From Hormiphora californensis (taxonomy: Eukaryota; Animalia; Ctenophora): DNA of 64,000 nucleotides. Where the stretch lies: contig CM035352.1 in assembly GCA_020137815.1 (NCBI GenBank), positions 7,564,001 through 7,628,000 of the forward strand. The letters are read 5' to 3'. The position numbers and the translations under genes are program-made. The notes beneath the pieces are model-generated. The model had not been told where the DNA came from, ran no database searches, and saw only the letters and a list, made by a program, of their open reading frames with translations. Of this stretch, positions 62,765-64,000 are shown piece after piece. Numbering within the stretch: position 1 is the first letter of the stretch; each line of letters starts with the position of its first letter.

Positions 62765-64000
62765 CTAATTCCCTCCTAGCCTCTCAAACACTTTGGTTTG
62801 CCGCTCAAGCAACTCATTATTCCTCTCCAGCAACTCGATTATTTTATCTAATTTCTGGTGGTAAGATGAGGATTGATCTCCCTGACCAGTACAGAATGGA
62901 CGAGGGGATGGACGAGGTGATGTTAACTCTTCAATCGCTGGTTTAACCAAACCCCCAATAGACCCAGGTAACTTCAAATCAATTCGGTTCTCTTCCCCTA
63001 CTAGAACACCAATATTTGTGGCTGGCACAACAGCAGACTCCCTTCCTAGTGTATTATCACCTCGGAGAGTATCCAGGGAACTATAGTAGTGCTCATGGGC
63101 GCGGGCGAAGTGGCTTGCCGGGGCAGAGTAAGATCTGTTCATTGGTTCATACTCTATATAAGGCTCTACAACCCTCTCCGTCAGATGAACCTCCCTCTCT
63201 GTGGGCTTGGTGGCTGAAGGGAAGGCTGCTGCGACAGGGTCCTCTTTGTGCTTCCAGTTTAGTGATAACAAGTTGGCATCACGGAACGCAATCCCGCCAC
63301 ATCTGAATCCTGGATCAAGGGATATTTTACAGTGCATCAACAGCTTTTCCTTCTCAACTCTGTAAATGGTGACAGAGCATACATTGAACCCTGATACGGC
63401 CGCTAAGTAGGTTTGTTGGCAGAAGGTTAGATGACAGGGTGATATGAGACCGGTGAGATGAGTCTCTACTAGGGTATGTAGATTATAGTTGATTATCTTT
63501 AGCTGTCCTAGCCCTGAGTTATCTAGAGATGTCCTAGGTAGAACCATGCTGTCCATGTTAACAGGATCCCCTGTGAACAGATCCCGGTCTGCGCTACCAA
63601 GCTGCATTTTACCCTCAAATGTTGTAAGAAACCCAAATTGTGTCAGAGAGAAGGCAAGGGCGGCCAGTCCACTGATGAAGATAACTTCACCATTGCGATA
63701 ACATTTGGTTGATTTACCGTCTGATACCAGAACGGCAATGTGTTTAACCTCTGAGGAGCCCGGGGAGAATTCAGCAGCGATTGCGGTACATTTACTAATA
63801 GGATCTATTGGAGTGACATAACTCCTTTCGCCGGTGCTAAAGTTGTGGATTGTTAGTTTATCCGTCGTCACAGACACCGTATGTCCTGATAACAGGTAGA
63901 AACACCCCAAAACTGGCGTTGGTAAAACGATCTTTTTCTTAACGTCTGCTGGTCGCGATGATCGGAACTCTTGAAGACCGTTTTCTGTGACGACCACCTT
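62765..64000 (-). CDS. WD-repeat and coiled-coil protein (WDCP/C2orf44-like), 5'-partial, uninterrupted ORF
   Basis: Open frame of more than 410 aa running to the window edge. Beta-rich region GLISPCHLTF..AAVS..VTIYRV..ISLD..RCGGIAF..LL recalls WDCP (similarity from memory, not a search). C-terminal heptads KLDKIIELLERNNELLERQ. Confidence 0.75.
   Translation of the reverse strand, partial: KVVVTENGLQEFRSSRPADVKKKIVLPTPVLGCFYLLSGHTVSVTTDKLTIHNFSTGERSYVTPIDPISKCTAIAAEFSPGSSEVKHIAVLVSDGKSTKCYRNGEVIFISGLAALAFSLTQFGFLTTFEGKMQLGSADRDLFTGDPVNMDSMVLPRTSLDNSGLGQLKIINYNLHTLVETHLTGLISPCHLTFCQQTYLAAVSGFNVCSVTIYRVEKEKLLMHCKISLDPGFRCGGIAFRDANLLSLNWKHKEDPVAAAFPSATKPTEREVHLTERVVEPYIEYEPMNRSYSAPASHFARAHEHYYSSLDTLRGDNTLGRESAVVPATNIGVLVGEENRIDLKLPGSIGGLVKPAIEELTSPRPSPRPFCTGQGDQSSSYHQKLDKIIELLERNNELLERQTKVFERLGGN

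Overview
Intron-rich animal genomic DNA. Its divergent metazoan genes and GA/CT-microsatellite-rich introns would fit a non-bilaterian such as a ctenophore, but that is inference only. Hand-splicing gives six genes: the 3' end of an SLC25A14/30-like mitochondrial carrier (+), a TGF-beta-family type I receptor (-), PPM1D/Wip1 phosphatase (-), a Disabled-like PTB endocytic adaptor (+), class I fructose-bisphosphate aldolase (-), and the 3' part of a WDCP-like ORF (-). Introns hold several non-autonomous foldback DNA transposons: a Kolobok-like element with a nested CAGGG/5-bp-TSD element, and three Academ-like elements. The main discovery is a recurrent structure in three of the genes (receptor, Dab, aldolase). 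Coding/non-coding boundaries (acceptors, donors, start and stop codons) are tandemly amplified into the flanking non-coding DNA, up to about 45 copies. Wherever I checked the frame, these copies cannot be translated into full-length protein, yet their exon-derived parts differ from the real exon mostly at synonymous positions. Several stretches (about 6.5-9.3, 15.1-16.6 and 39.5-41.3 kb) look like low-quality sequence.
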